Shown one piece after another: positions 1-12,598 of a stretch of DNA of 64,000 bases; position 1 is the first letter of the stretch, and every line of letters begins with the position of its first letter. The notes beneath the pieces are model-generated. The model saw only the letters and a list, made by a program, of their open reading frames with translations, did no database searches and had not been told where the DNA came from. The DNA is from Bilabrum cf. latius (taxonomy: Eukaryota): positions 682,001 to 746,000 of the forward strand of contig OZ237758.1 in assembly GCA_965178125.1 (NCBI GenBank). Reading direction: 5' to 3'. The position numbers and the translations under genes were made by a program.

Positions 1-247
1 CATGCACAACGTGACCATCCCGCTGCTGGACGTGCTGGAGAACAAGTACAACGCGACGCACGTGCCCCAGTTCCATCCCCCCCCCGACTACCAATCTAAT
101 CCCGCCAAGTTCAACGGGTCTTGGACGCCTTGGCTGAAGGATGGGGAGTGCGCTGACGGGCACAGTCCTGCGGAGGGGGCCCCGAGGGAGTTCTGGCACC
201 TGGGATTCGAGGAGGCGGATGAGCTGCTGAGGAGGACCGGGGGGTGA
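1..247 (+). CDS. 3' end of a protein of unknown function (truncated by window start)
   Basis: GC3-rich open frame from the window edge, ending at TGA 245-247; no recognisable motif. Confidence 0.6.
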   Translation, partial: MHNVTIPLLDVLENKYNATHVPQFHPPPDYQSNPAKFNGSWTPWLKDGECADGHSPAEGAPREFWHLGFEEADELLRRTGG

Positions 248-439
248 TTGCTAGAGCGATGTTCTCGGGTGGTTTTGCTGCCCCTTGCTGCTTTGTCTAG
301 ACTCGGTGAAAACCGACTGACAGCGACCTCGTGCGACCGTTGGCGGCGCCGCGGTCGACCACAGACGGAACTAGTGCGAAGATGCCGTTGGAGTTTCTCT
401 CATGTTGCCACAAAAGACTACTCAAGTTTGCACACTACC

Positions 440-1831
440 ATGGATGGGTCACAATCTCAACGATATCTCAGGGATGCCAAGGCTAAGATGCGGGCAGAGG
501 AAGCGCAATTCGCGCAACGGCTGCGTCAAGGCCGCAAGCATCAGCTGTCTGTTGCAGCAGCTCGCATCTCGCAGATGAATGGTTGGGCGGAACAGCTCAA
601 AGATGACCGAAGGTTTGATATGAAGGTCGAATCGAACGGCAGCGACTCTGACGACTCTGACTCCGGGCGCACCTACCGAGCGATTGAATCATCGACAGGC
701 TAGCGGCCCATCCTAGCGATTGGGGCCCAGAGGGCCCATGTCATTATCAAGGCTCCCGATAGGCACCCCATCAAAATTAAGCTGGGTCCACAGTTTGACA
801 AGGAATACATGGCGATGCGGGACGCCATAAGCAAGCTTGAGCAGCGAAGGCGAGCATCTGGTGGCTCTAAATCGAGCTAGCCGGGCGGTGTAATCCTGAT
901 CGATGGGCTGCGACTGCCACGATCAACCTCCAAGCAAGACGATTCTGGCATTTCGAGCGAAACATCACCCCGTCTTGGACCAGGGTCTCACGATTACGGC
1001 CACGGTCAAAGTGCGGTTTCCGGCGGTGCCAGCAGCCGAAGCCCAGGCAGGGCAGGAGACGGAACCGGCGCTGCGGGCAGCAATGCAACGCAGGTCACGG
1101 AAGGCGGGGAACAACTGGGGAAGCAGGGAACCTTGCGTCAGATGAGGCACGTGCTAAGGGAGGTGGCGACTCTCACGCAGGTGCTTAGGGAGCAGGCCTC
1201 GGTGCTCCGATCGAGAGGCTGGAATGGTGCCTCACGAGGCGACCTTCAGGTGCAGCGGTAGCTGCCCTGGAGGCCACCATCCTCTGGGCATGGAGAGGGC
1301 AAGGCGGCAGGGGACGTGGGGGAAGGCGGAAGCAGGGCCAGTGCCAGTGGGGCTGTGGGTGGTGCTTGGAGTGGCAGCGACGGTGGTGGTACGGGTGAGG
1401 GCTGTGGGCCCTTGGGCTCTAGAACCGGGGGCGGGGCCGGGGGGACGCCCTGGACGGGGGGGAGGCGCGGACTGGGCCATTTTCCGGCCCAAGGTGCAGC
1501 ACAGGGCAGTGCGGAAGGGGGGAGGAGTGCTGACGAGAGCGAGGCAGGTAGCTAGGCGAGGTCGCTTCGCTCGAAGGCAAGTGCAGCGCACGGCAGTGCG
1601 GGCGGGCCCCCACCAGTAGGCATGGCTCGGCGCTTGCTGGTGGAGGCAGGCCACGAGATCGGATCACACCCTGATCCGCTACCGCAGGAGGTAGCAAAGG
1701 GTGCTGGTCTTCGGTCCGACGGTGAGGTGACGGCAGCTGTGGGGGGCTACAGGGCCACGCCGGAGCTCCTTGGCCAGATCCGGTCTACCCTGCGGTCGGC
1801 TGCGGAACAGTCCAGGGACGCTGAGCTGTGA
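440..1831 (+). CDS. Hypothetical low-complexity protein, 463 aa when TAG is read as Gln
   Basis: ATG 440. Track ORFs 248-703, 1316-1555 and 1622-1831 share one frame, separated only by TAG (701, 878, 1259, 1553). First TGA at 1829-1831. Confidence 0.65.
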
Positions 1832-2046
1832 GGCTTCCGGTGCATTGCATTGTACTGTGCTCTGCTGCAGCGGCACCGTCGCACGGTGATGGGCAGCTAC
1901 GTCCACGCGCAAGCGGTGCCATTTGGTCTGTTGTGATATTATCCTGCGTGATTCAGGAATAGAATGCGCGCATTGCTACAAAAACCAGAGCGTATCTCTC
2001 CCCGGAATCGCCGGGCGACAAGCGTTCAATGCCGTCTAGTGCCACG

Positions 2047-2576
2047 TCACAGCTCCTCGCTTTGGACCTCTTCTTCATCCTCCTCGCCCTATTTCTTATC
2101 AACTGATAGTACCTATACCCCACTCGGACTGATGGGTGTCGCTGCGTGCTCTTTCTCGTCACGGATACGGCGCAGAGCTTCTAGCATAGAATTCTGCCCA
2201 GCAGTGGCTTGGCTGCAATGCATGTTGTGCAAAAGACGAGAATCACGGTGTTCTAGCAACAGTATCGTGAAAACGGAGAATGCCAGCGACTCGTATCTGC
2301 TTACCTTCCGAGCTTCAGCCCAGGGATCTTTAAATTCTTCAAGGTCTCTTGCCTGCGCAAATGCAAACCCACGCTCAACCACGAGTAGAGCACGAAGATC
2401 ACAATCCCATTCTCATTGATGACAACCAATAGGCCTTACTTCTTGGCATTCTCCTCTTCCATCCTCTTTATTATCTTGTCGAGATCTAGCTGGTTGGCAT
2501 CGATAGCGCTGGCGGGTAATGCAATGAGCGCCAGCATCAGACAAGCGGCTAAGATCAAGCTGACCACCACCCTCAT
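2047..2576 (-). CDS. Small signal-peptide protein ending in an ER-retention-like SEEL; 2 introns
   Basis: N-terminus MRVVVSLILAACLMLALIALPASA. Two GTAAG...CAG introns give a continuous frame. The last exon reads through two TAGs to ...EEVQSEEL-TGA (2047-2049). Confidence 0.65.
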
Positions 2577-2757
2577 CGTTCGTCACCTGTAAATATTATC
2601 TATGTACCTCTGCTATCCCCTGCAAGCGCGTGGTAGCCCAGAATAACCCATCGGTGGGTTTTCCAGCTGGCTGTGCGGTTCATGAACGTTCCTCACTCGC
2701 GGATGGGTTCGAATTGGAAACTCGGGCAAATCGAGCATTTCTGTTCGTGCACGCTCA

Positions 2758-3944
2758 ATGTCATCCAAAGTGCTTCAAGCCTTCTCTAAAGATTAGGAAG
2801 AATTCTTAGGTAGAATCCGAAGAGAGTTGCGTGGTACCCTACAGAAGACAGCAAAGCGGCAAACCATCCAAGCTCTTCTAGAAGTCGAAGAAGCCAACAG
2901 AGAGCTATTTGACGACACTATCGAGCATGACTCAGCGAAGGATACCGAATTAGTTGAGGCAATCCAACGATCAGCGCAGGCTGGAAAGGACCTCATGCAG
3001 GCTCGGGCTCAGATCGATGCGACGGCAAGATGCACTATTGATATGGTTGCAGACAACGGGAAAGGGTTTGAAGCGGGCGAGGATGGCCAGTCTGCAGATG
3101 AAATCGTCACAGCATCCATGCGCGCTGCTGGCGCGATGGTATCGTAGGAACTGGAGCAGAAAACAACCTCGAGGGTCGTAGACATGCTCGACAAGGAAGC
3201 GAAGCGGTCCGTCCGGCTGCTGGAGCAGCAGGCCAAGATGCGGGACGACGCAGGCGGTGCTGCAGGAGGCGATGAAGACAGCGATGAGGACGACGATGAC
3301 GACGAGGAGCTGGAAGGTCAGGCAGTGGGCGGAGGTCCTGGCAAGGGCTTAGAGTGCTGCATCACCAAGGCCAGGTTCGTAGAGCCAGTGTTCAGGTAAG
3401 GAAAAGACTCGACCATGTCACGTTTTTGATGGTGTTTTTCGTATTGATGTGGATGTAATGCGCCTTTGCGAATGAGCCGTAGAGCCTGCCTACGGCGGTA
3501 GAAGACGCAGGCCTCACGATTGCACTGCACCTGCTCGCCATCACTTGCTCTCGCAGTGCGGTGTGCGGCCACCAGTTCTCGAAGCAGGCCGTGATGCGGC
3601 TCTTTGCAAGGTCCTCTTCCGTGCAATGTCCGGTGACGGGCTGCAAGAAAACGTTCACAAAAAGGGAGCTGTTCGACGACGACATCATGCAGGTGAGCGA
3701 GCACCGAGCAGTTGCCCGAGACCACCTTCCCTACTGTATGCTTCGTCTTCGGGGATTCGCTAGAATAAATGTTGATGCATGGTGATGTATCCGCAATACG
3801 TAGAACGCGCTCGTTTCTCAATTGTTATTATTTGAACCGCAGGCTCGATTAGAGGCAGACGAGGCGATGGCGAGGAAGGTAGGGGGCGCGGCTGGCGGCC
3901 GTGCTGGCGGGAAGGCGAGCAAGGCCTCTAAGCGGTCGAGGTGA
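2758..3944 (+). CDS. NSE2: E3 SUMO ligase NSE2/MMS21-like (SP-RING zinc finger, Smc5/6 subunit); 2 introns
   Basis: Helical N-terminus, acidic linker, then CCITKARFVEPVFS-AVCGHQFSKQAV...CPVTGC, matching the Nse2 SP-RING pattern. Introns 3396-3556 and 3693-3842. In-frame TAG at 2794 and 3145; TGA 3942-3944. Confidence 0.8.
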
Positions 3945-4344
3945 TACGAAGGGGGCTTGCTTGCATGCTTGCATCCAATATTGGAGTTTTCATAGGCACG
4001 GGCAGGCACAGATGTGCACAGGTACATCCAGATTTACACCTCCCCCTCAGAACAGTCTCCCATCATGATCGCTTCTAGTAGCATGATACAACGCCGTGAT
4101 GGTGACAAGAGCTCCTATCGATAGCTGCTGCACGAACATAGTTGAATGGAACTTGTCCAAGTATCTATCTGCGATCGCCAGGTCCAGGACCTGGACGCCA
4201 GGTCGCCCAGGTCGCCAGGCGTCGCCTGTTCTACAAACGCACCGTACAACAAAAACTATTACAGATAATAGCGCTCGCTTCGCGGTCTCGAAACCGACAC
4301 CTCTTTGCAGCCACACCAACCGCGTGCTCATTCCAAACGAAATA

Positions 4345-5799
4345 ATGAGAACTGCCTCATTCGTTTTTGCAACACTGCTTGCAGGAACTTATGCGCTGTG
4401 CCGTGAGAGCGAGCAGTCACGGTGCTGCTGCTGGAGGCGTTGGCTCGATTCCGTTGCACTCTGCTTACCCAAACGCTGCACCTAATCATGTAAACCGCAT
4501 TCGCCTGGACGCAGCCAACTCATGCTCAAATCATGGCAAGTGCAGCACCAAGGATGCTTGCGTTTGTGACCGGGGATTCAGCGGAGCGGATTGCTCGCTT
4601 GTGAGTCGCTTTGACGAGTGTACATGTGGATAGCCATGCCCTTGGAAACCGAAGTATTCAATGCACTGAAATAATACTTCTTAGCGCTTTCGCAGCGAAC
4701 TTGCCCGTTCGGCCTTGCGTGGGTGGACCAGCCGCTCGGCGACTTGAACCACGACGCCGCCATCACAGACGCCGAGGTGAACGTGCAGTGGTCCAACACA
4801 AACGTCAACGAGCTATGGCAAGGCGATGCCAGCGATGCCGAGGCAAACGATGAGGCGCATTTCTACGCGGAGTGCTCCAACCGGGGCGCGTGCAATGCCG
4901 GCACGGGCGAGTGCCAGTGCTTCCCCGGCTACACTGGGTCTGCCTGCCAGAGGTCGCTGTGCCCGAGCAGCTGCTCCGGGCACGGAGTGTGCCGTACCAT
5001 CTCTGAAATTGCTGCGAACAAGCTCACCAAGCATGAGGTTGGGTCTGCCAACGGGCAGAGGTACTACGAGGGTGTGGTGGATTCCTTCACGTACGGACTG
5101 TGGGACGCAGACATGAGCCAGGCGTGCGTGTGCGACCCTGGGTACACCGGGTACGACTGCTCCATGCGGGAGTGCCCCCGAGGCGATGACCCGCTCACCA
5201 GCGGGCAGCGCTACTGCGGCAACGAGGGCTGCGCCGACGCCAAGATGAGCTTCTCGCTCACCGCCGCGGCAAAGTCCACCATTCGATTCGGGTTCAAGGC
5301 CTGGGATAGCCGCACGTACTACACGTACGCCACAGTAGACGGGCTCAGCAATGCGGGCGGGGACATTTCGGGCACGCAGCTGCCCGGCCTCTCCACCAAC
5401 TCTGGGATCATGATGCAGGCCCTCCGCGCCATGCCTGGCGGCTTCCTCCTGAATGCCGAGGTCAACTCGAGGGACTTTTCGGACGACACGCAGGCCTGCA
5501 ACGCGGGCAACAAGTGCACCTACTACGTGGCGTACAAGGCCCCCGGCACGCAGGAGCTCATGTCTGTGAGTGTGGTGGAGGGGTCGGCTTTGGTGGACGA
5601 CGAGCAGTTCGTGATCGACAGCGGCGTGACGCTCGACGGAAACACCGAGAGAATCACCTGCTCCGGGCGCGGCATGTGCGACTATTCCTCCGGCCTGTGC
5701 AACTGCTTCGGCGGGTACTACGGAGGCGCGTGCGAGTATCAGAACGCGCTGTCTGGCGGCGGCTCTGCCTCTCGCGCTACCGTCCTGCCAACTCTGTGA
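4345..5799 (+). CDS. Tubular mastigoneme protein (stramenopile Mas/Ocm/Sig1 family), EGF-like repeats; 2 introns
   Basis: Signal peptide; CPNSCSNHGKC; RTCPFGLAWVD.PLGDLNHD; EAHFYAECSNRGAC...CQCFPGYTGSACQRSLCP; C-terminal CSGRGMCDYSSGLCNCF. Ends TGA. Confidence 0.85.
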
Positions 5800-6256
5800 G
5801 GGTCTTGGCCCGAACAAGATGGTGGGTTTGCGAGGTACAGATACAAGGAAAACACAATGCCGCGGTTGCAGTCGATGTGAGGCATCAGGAGACTGAGCGG
5901 CTCTGCTTCCAACCAACAGGCTGTATATGTACCTGGCATGGCCTCAAAAGCGATCGCACGACTTGGATACGCGTTTCGACTCATTCTTCCACAAGATGGC
6001 AGTCTTCATTGTATTATCAGTTATCAAGCCACCGGGCCATGCAGCAGCTAAAGGGGCCGCCAGCGCGGCCCAAGCCGGCTTGGCCCGGTGAAGCAAAAAC
6101 ACATTGGGTGAGCTGGCAGGCTGCCGCCGCCTTCACACCCGCTGAGTCACAGCTTAATCGCAGCGAGCAATCTGATCGATTGTGAATGGCTGCACTGCGA
6201 CGGAGCGAATGCTTAGGGCAAGCAGCAGCCACAGTCACCGCCGGAGCCAAAGCAGA

Positions 6257-7657
6257 TCACGACCCGGCGCCGCCGCTCGCAGCCCCGGCACCGCCCGGCA
6301 CCTCCTCATCGTCGTCGCCCGCAGGATCATCCTTGTCATCACTCACGGCCTTGCCCTCCTTCCTGGGATCGAAGGCCACATCCACGGGCTCCATGAACAC
6401 CTCCACCTTGAAATCTGGATCGAACTCGGCGCACTCCTTGTCCTTGCAGGCACGGTCCACGACCTCCTTGTGGAAGAGCAAGTAGTTGTTGGACACGAAG
6501 GCGGTGTTGAACCAGAAGTGCATGGCCTTGTCGTCGGCGCTGAAGCGGTCGTAATCGTAGAAGACGAACTTGACGTCTCCCCTCACGTACAGGGGCTTGG
6601 AGAGCTTGGTCAGGTCGAGGTCGGCGTACTTGTGCTTGGGCATGTAGTTCTTCACCTTTTTGCCCATCTCGTCGAAGTAGTTGTAGTACTTGATCATGTC
6701 GATGCCCTGCGTGGGGTCCGAGGCGTCCTTGGGTAGGCATGCTCGCACGTCAAAGTAGGGGTCGCAGCCGCCCATCACGTCGAGGTTGGGGATGGTGATG
6801 AGCCGGATGTGGGTCACGCGGTAGGTCTTGGGCTCGGGGATGGCGCCAATCTTGAGAGACTGCTCGTAGTAGTGCACGTACCGCATCTGGCTCGGGATGG
6901 TCACGCCCTTGCTGTTGCTCGTCCGCTTGTCGGCGAAGTACTTGAGGGCCTCCATCGCGCTCTTGCAGACCTCCAGGCGGCGCAGCAGGCAAGCGATCAT
7001 CATTCCAGTGCGACCCTTCCCTGCCTTGCAATGAATCGCCACCACGTGCGACTCGTCTTCCTCCAGAAAAGCCGCCATGTCTTCGCATGCTGCATGAATC
7101 ACGGACTGCGGTGGTGCACTCTCGGGGCGATCGAAAGCAGAAGAGCTCAGGCGCAAGCGGTCCACCCGCTCGACTCCAACTTTGTCAGGAAATAAGACGG
7201 TGCAAGGTATTGGCAGCATGCAATCTGCCCAAGATCGCGAACACAGGAATACAGTTAGTACGTCCGGAGACAGCAAACACAGCAAATGTACAAGTCTAAG
7301 GCAGTCAATGCAGCCGACCAGTGTCGCATATAGTACAGTCCCTGCGATATATCTTACCAGTGGAGCAGGGTTATGGTCATCAAACGGGTATCTGCACACG
7401 TGTTTGTCGCCTCCAAACTTGCTAGGTTCATAGGCACGCTCCGAGCACAAGTTGATGATCCTCATCTTGTCTCCCTCGTGGTACTGGTTAAAAAACTTCT
7501 GAACATCCTCCATCGGGTTACGATAGGCTGCTTCTGATCCCTCCGAAGGGAATCCCATGGCAATAATCCTAGGCGTGATGTACGTCAAGTCTAGATCAAA
7601 ACCATCCTTCTAGTACCTAATCTTCTTTTTCGATACAAGACCACGAATCAATGCCAT
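6257..7657 (-). CDS. PTEN: PTEN-type phosphoinositide 3-phosphatase (phosphatase + C2 domain); one 252-nt intron
   Basis: MALIRGLVSKKKIRY(TAG)KDGFDLDLTYITPRIIAMGFP; YPFDDHNPAPL; catalytic HCKAGKGRTG; GVTIPSQMRYV; C2 motif GDVKFVF...FWFNTAF. Intron 7106-7357; TGA 6257-6259. Confidence 0.95.
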
Positions 7658-7818
7658 ATTTTCCTTTCAGATTCGATGAGGATGCCACCCGATTCTCTCT
7701 CAAGAGTCAGGTATTTGCACGAGTCGTATTGGTAACCATAGGGTCTGGCTCATTGGCGCCGCGCATTAATGTACGGTGTTGTTCCGCACACGTTGAGCAT
7801 CTGCCATAATACGACCTA

Positions 7819-9572
7819 ATGGTTTCCTAGAAGCGCCGATCACAATAGTCTCCTCTGTATGCTGTAGTACGCTCTGTATGCTCTCGCAGCACAGCATGTG
7901 CGCTGCTATTATGCACTACGATATCACTTGTTTGGGTCAGCTTCCGGCTTGCAAGTGTGGACTGCACAAATGAAGGAGCAATACCGAATGTAAGAGTACT
8001 GCGTGGCCCGGTTATGAGCACCATCGAATAACCTGCTATGTTGTACGCGATTGTTTCCGTGAGGCACTGCAGGGGCATTTAAGACAGATGGGGAGTGCGC
8101 TACAAAGATTGCACTTGTCCCGGGCGGATTTGCTTGCAATACCAAAGGATGTGCGAGACGCAGCCGGACTCCAGTTACCGAGAGGCATAGACTTATCAGG
8201 GGAGGCTGCAGACGAGCAGGATCAGCTGCATCAGCGAATAATTGCTCTGCATCCATCTCCTTCGGCAACGAGGATAGGTTTGCAGCAGCCATCAACAGCG
8301 CCTGCCGCAACTATAAATAAAGTGCAGACAGACGACCCTTGGAGCGAAGGTCCTGCAGTCCCACAGAAACCTCGAGCTAAGATTTAGCGTGAGCCGTCTG
8401 AGCAGCAGCAGCAGCCGCAGGACCGAGCACCTCCCGTGCAAACCAAGGCAAACTCAGTGCAGCCAGCCCCCCGGCAGCGAACAGGCCCCCACAGAGTGCT
8501 CCTTTTGATCTGCTACAACCGGCCCTAGTACCTCCAGCGCACGCTGAACAAGGTGCTCGAGCACTACCCGCGGGACCCCGCCCAGCAACCTACCGTGGTG
8601 GTTTCCCAGGACGGTGGCGTGGACTCTGTCACCGAGGTGGCGCAGCGGTGGTCAAAGAAACTCAACGGATAGTTTCCGACGGCCAGGTTCGTGCACTGGC
8701 ACCATTCGCAGACGCACGAACCGGGCGACGACGGCTACACGAAGCTTGCCAGGCACTTTGGCTGGGCGCTGGGGAAGGCCTTTGGAGCGGATGGGGGGGA
8801 CGCCGGGGCCTACGGCGACGGCGGTGGACTTGGGGCCGATTGGGTGACCATCCTAGAGGACGACTTGGAAATTGCACCGGATTTCTTCGGGTACTTCCGA
8901 GCGATGGAGCGGGTGCTGGATGCTGACGACAGCCTCATGGCAGCGTCTGCGTACAACGACGTGGGGCAGGAAAACTTCGTGCGGGACCCGAAGCAGGTGC
9001 TCAGGAGCGATTTCTTTCCCGGTTTAGGCTGGATGCTAGGCAAGAAGACGTGGAAGGAGGTGGGTCCCAAGTGGCCCAGGGGGTACTGGGACGACTGGCT
9101 CCGTGAACCGGCGCAGCGAAAGGGCAGGGCTTTCGTGCGACCAGAGGTGTCCAGAACGCGAACGTTCGGCGAGAAGGGAGTGAGCATGGGGCAGTTCTAC
9201 AGGCAGTACTTGGCTAACATCAAGCTGAACGACCTTGCGGTGGACTGGGACCGGGAGGACGTGTCGTACCTACAGAAAGAATCGTACGACGCCTCCATGC
9301 AGGCGTTGGTCGCTAGCGCGAATGGCCTGCCCCCTAGGCAAGCCACATAGATATCGTGCACCAGCGGCTCGGTGCGGGGTGCAGCGGCGCAGGCTTACAA
9401 GGTAGGATACTAGGGGCTGGGGTCGCATGGGCAGGGGTATGTGGGGGTCACGGCGCCCTTCCACTTCCTCAGTGACGTGAAGGCCATGGTGCCGCGAACA
9501 GCGTACCAAGGGGTCGTCAGGATCCGGTACAATGGGTGCTTGCTCATGTTCGTACCGCAAGACATGATGTGA
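7819..9572 (+). CDS. MGAT1: Alpha-1,3-mannosyl-glycoprotein beta-1,2-N-acetylglucosaminyltransferase I (GnT-I, GT13), type II membrane protein; 1 intron
   Basis: N-terminal anchor exon, intron 7990-8072. Motifs ICYNRP(TAG)YL, VSQDG, ILEDDLEIAPDFF, RSDFFPGLGWML, WDDWLR, RPEVSRTRTFGEKGVSMGQFY. The C-terminal DVKAMVPRTAYQGVV is reached only by reading through TAG 9348. TGA 9570-9572. Confidence 0.92.
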
Positions 9573-9695
9573 TCGGCGTTGTCGGGTTTGAATTGATGGC
9601 TCCAGGGAGAGAGTGTGGGCACACGATTGCCAGGTGAATCGTCCGTACACGCATGATCAGGCGGAAACTATCATCTCCATCTACAAACTAAATCT

Positions 9696-11044
9696 TTACA
9701 CCAGGCTTGAAATTGATTCGCAACGCGTTCCGAAGAAGCCGGTGAAGCAGTTGCAGGTGCCCGACGAGTAGTCGCACATGCCGCGCCCAGAGCAGTCGAG
9801 GGCAGGCCCGCTGTTAGCTGCGGTCTTGCCAGCAATCTGACTGGAACCGTCGCCGCCGAATCCTCCGTACGGGTCGGGCCCGGACGCGCACTCGATCTCG
9901 CTACAGCTGTTGCCTCGGAAGCCGACATCGCACTGGCACCCGTAGTAGGACTGCGAGTCGAACGCAGCCGTGTATCCCGTGTACCCGGTGTCGGAGACCT
10001 GCTTGGACATCCGCTGCAGGGACTGGCAGACGCCATGACCCGAGCAGTCCTCCGGGCACAGAGTCCTGCCGCAGTTGTCGCCAGTGAAGCCGTCAAAGCA
10101 CTGGCAAGTGCCGGAGCCGCGGTCGCAGCTGCCCCTGCCCGAGCACTCGATGAACTGATGCGCCGAGTTGCCGTCGCTCTCCATGAAACGGTCGCCGCTG
10201 TTGTAAGTAACGTTTGCGTACCACTTGTCGCCCGCCTCGGGAACGTCGGTGATGGTGCCCTGCTCCCCGAAAAAGATAAACACGCCGGTTCGCTTCGTCC
10301 TGCCGTTCACCTTGGTCTTCATCTCGAAGGCGTTGGCCTTAGAAGAGCCCTCCTCCGTATCAGTGGCCAAGTTTACAGTCTGGGGCTGGGACCACAGCTT
10401 CTCAATGTCCCGCTTGTACTTGAACACGAGCGGGTACGGTGAGGCGGCGTTGTCATACGAGACAACCTCTACCTCAAAGTTGAAGTCAAACTCGACGCGA
10501 AGGCCGTCTGTCACAAACGCATTCATACCATCCTCCCACATGTCGCCGTTCTTTGAGACATATCCTACCGCCGTAGTCTCGAAGTTCTGCCCAGCAGTTT
10601 GGAGGGCATCGAACGCCTTACCGTACGGGCACACTCGCTGCGACAACAAACAGACTCATGGGCTCATTGGGAGATAAGTGTCGCGGTAAAGTATTAAAAT
10701 TGTGGATCTCATTGTATCGCTCGGTCAATGCGCCGTTGTGGCTAGCACGGGGCGACTCACCTGGCTGCAGTCGTATCCTGTGTACATGTCGCGGAGACCA
10801 CCACGGCCGTTCGACTGCTTGAAACAGATGCATCTGTCTACCTGCAATATGAAAACTATCACAATATGGATGCTTGCACGCTTTATCGCTACATTTGGAA
10901 GGCCCGAATCGAAGCGAGCACTCGGCGCGCGCTCATTGCTGGCTGCCTCACCTCATTGCATGCTCCATGACCAGAGCAGGAGTTTGGGCACGCTGCAAAT
11001 GCGGCAGTTGCCAAAATTAGAGTTGCTGCCGCTACAGTTCTCAT
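9696..11044 (-). CDS. Tubular mastigoneme protein (Mas family), EGF-like repeats; 2 introns
   Basis: MRTVAAATLILATAAFAACPNSCSGHGACNE; RVCPYGKAFD; AHQFIECSGRGSCDRGSGTCQCFDGF; DCSGRGMCDYSSGTCNCF. Ends at TAA 9696-9698. Confidence 0.85.
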
Positions 11045-11230
11045 TGCGGTGCTTGGTATGAACAATGCTGCTTCGGGCAGGTTAGAAGCGCCTCCAAAGT
11101 GAAACTCGAAAGGATCGGATCAAGGTTAAACGAATTTTGTGTCCGTGGGGTCGAGCGCCACTCCGGAGCGCTCGCTTCCTTCACTAGATTGAGGCCAGTA
11201 CCTCCATCGGCTCAGTTTATCGGCAGAATA

Positions 11231-12598
11231 ATGATTACTGTTGCCCTTGCTGTTGCCCTTGCCGGCGTGGCAATCGCTGCATGCCCTAATTCTTGCTCCG
11301 GCCACGGGCGGTGCAACCAGGTGAGCGAGCGAGCGAACGCCAGTGAATTGTCCAATCCTGCCGACAAAGATGCGATGCTTCCCCGATAGAAATTTGCGTA
11401 TAATGTACGTATGTAGCGGAAATCATGCTTATAATTTCGCAGTACGACCAGTGCGAGTGCTTTGAGTCTGCGGGCACGCCTTGGGGCCAGCGGTACGAGT
11501 GGACTGGGCCAGATTGCTCCATGCGAACCTGTCCTCTTGGCATCGGTAAGCATATTATACGTCGTATATTTCATCGTAACCATCCGAATGCGCGAAATGA
11601 GACCGTTGTAACGCAAAGCATCTACCCCGAATACTCTTGCAGCGTTCGGCGACATCTCATCGCATGGCACGGAGCTCGAGGGCGACTTCGTGGAGTTCCT
11701 GGTGCAAAAGAACTTTGATGGCACCAACAGAGCATCTTCCGATGCTTCAGCGATGTCGCTTGACATTGACGTGAACGACTATCCCTTGGCAACAACCAGG
11801 CGGTTCGAAGTGCGCGTACTGACCAACGACGAGACTGGCAGTGGCGAGGGAACCAAGATCCAGTGGAAGCTAGACAAATTTTCCTCCTTTTCGGCAGCCC
11901 GGGCGGTTGTGGTTGGTACAGACAACGCGATCGTGCTCGGCTCGCAAGGCGAGTCGCTCGAGTGGGCCGCGGAGCAGGGCGCTGGCGTTGACACCGGCAT
12001 CCGAGTATCGATCAAGTCCGCCGTCACCACTGCATCCAACAAGTACGTGGAAATCCAGCCAAACAACCTGTATCGCTTTGTAGTGTCCGGACGCGACGGC
12101 CGCCCATACAAGGTGGGTGACGCCAACACAGCCCACCAGCAGATCGAGTGCTCCGGCAAGGGCTCTTGCGACCGCTCTAACGGCCGCTGCTAGTGCTTCC
12201 CCGGGTACGGTGGCGAGGCGTGCCAGCGCAACGAGTGCCCCAACCAGTGCTCAAACCACGGCATCTGCCAGACGCTGACACGCTTCATCGACGACGGCGG
12301 GGTGGCCACCGTCAAGTACCCCGCGGCGGGGCAGGACGGTAGCGCCTATGACGGCGAGAAGATGATGAGCTGTCTTTGCGATGCAGGCTACCGAGGCCCC
12401 GACTGCTCCCAGATCGAGTGCCCCTCGTACCCCGACCCCCTGGGCGGGGCGGGCGGGGACGGCCTTGACGGAGGCGACAACGTGGCCGAGGTGCGCGACT
12501 GCTCCGGGCGCGGGATCTGCGACTATTCGTCGGGCACCTGCGGCTGCTTCGCTGGCTACTACGGTGAGGCGTGCGAGCAGCAGACCACGCTCGTTTGA
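11231..12598 (+). CDS. Tubular mastigoneme protein (Mas family), EGF-like repeats; 2 introns
   Basis: MITVALAVALAGVAIAACPNSCSGHGRCNQ; MRTCPLG; AHQQIECSGKGSCDRSNGRC(TAG 12191)CFPGY; DCSGRGICDYSSGTCGCF. TGA 12596-12598. Confidence 0.87.

Noticed and set aside
4813-5916. Long antisense or alternate-frame ORFs (4813-5916 minus, 33913-34743 minus, 62223-63368 plus and similar)
   Set aside because: Shadows of GC-rich coding sequence on the other strand, with no domain motifs.
9696-9698. Ciliate-type code (TAA and TAG both Gln)
   Set aside because: TAA falls at expected C-termini here and at 59969, and was not seen in frame within coding regions.
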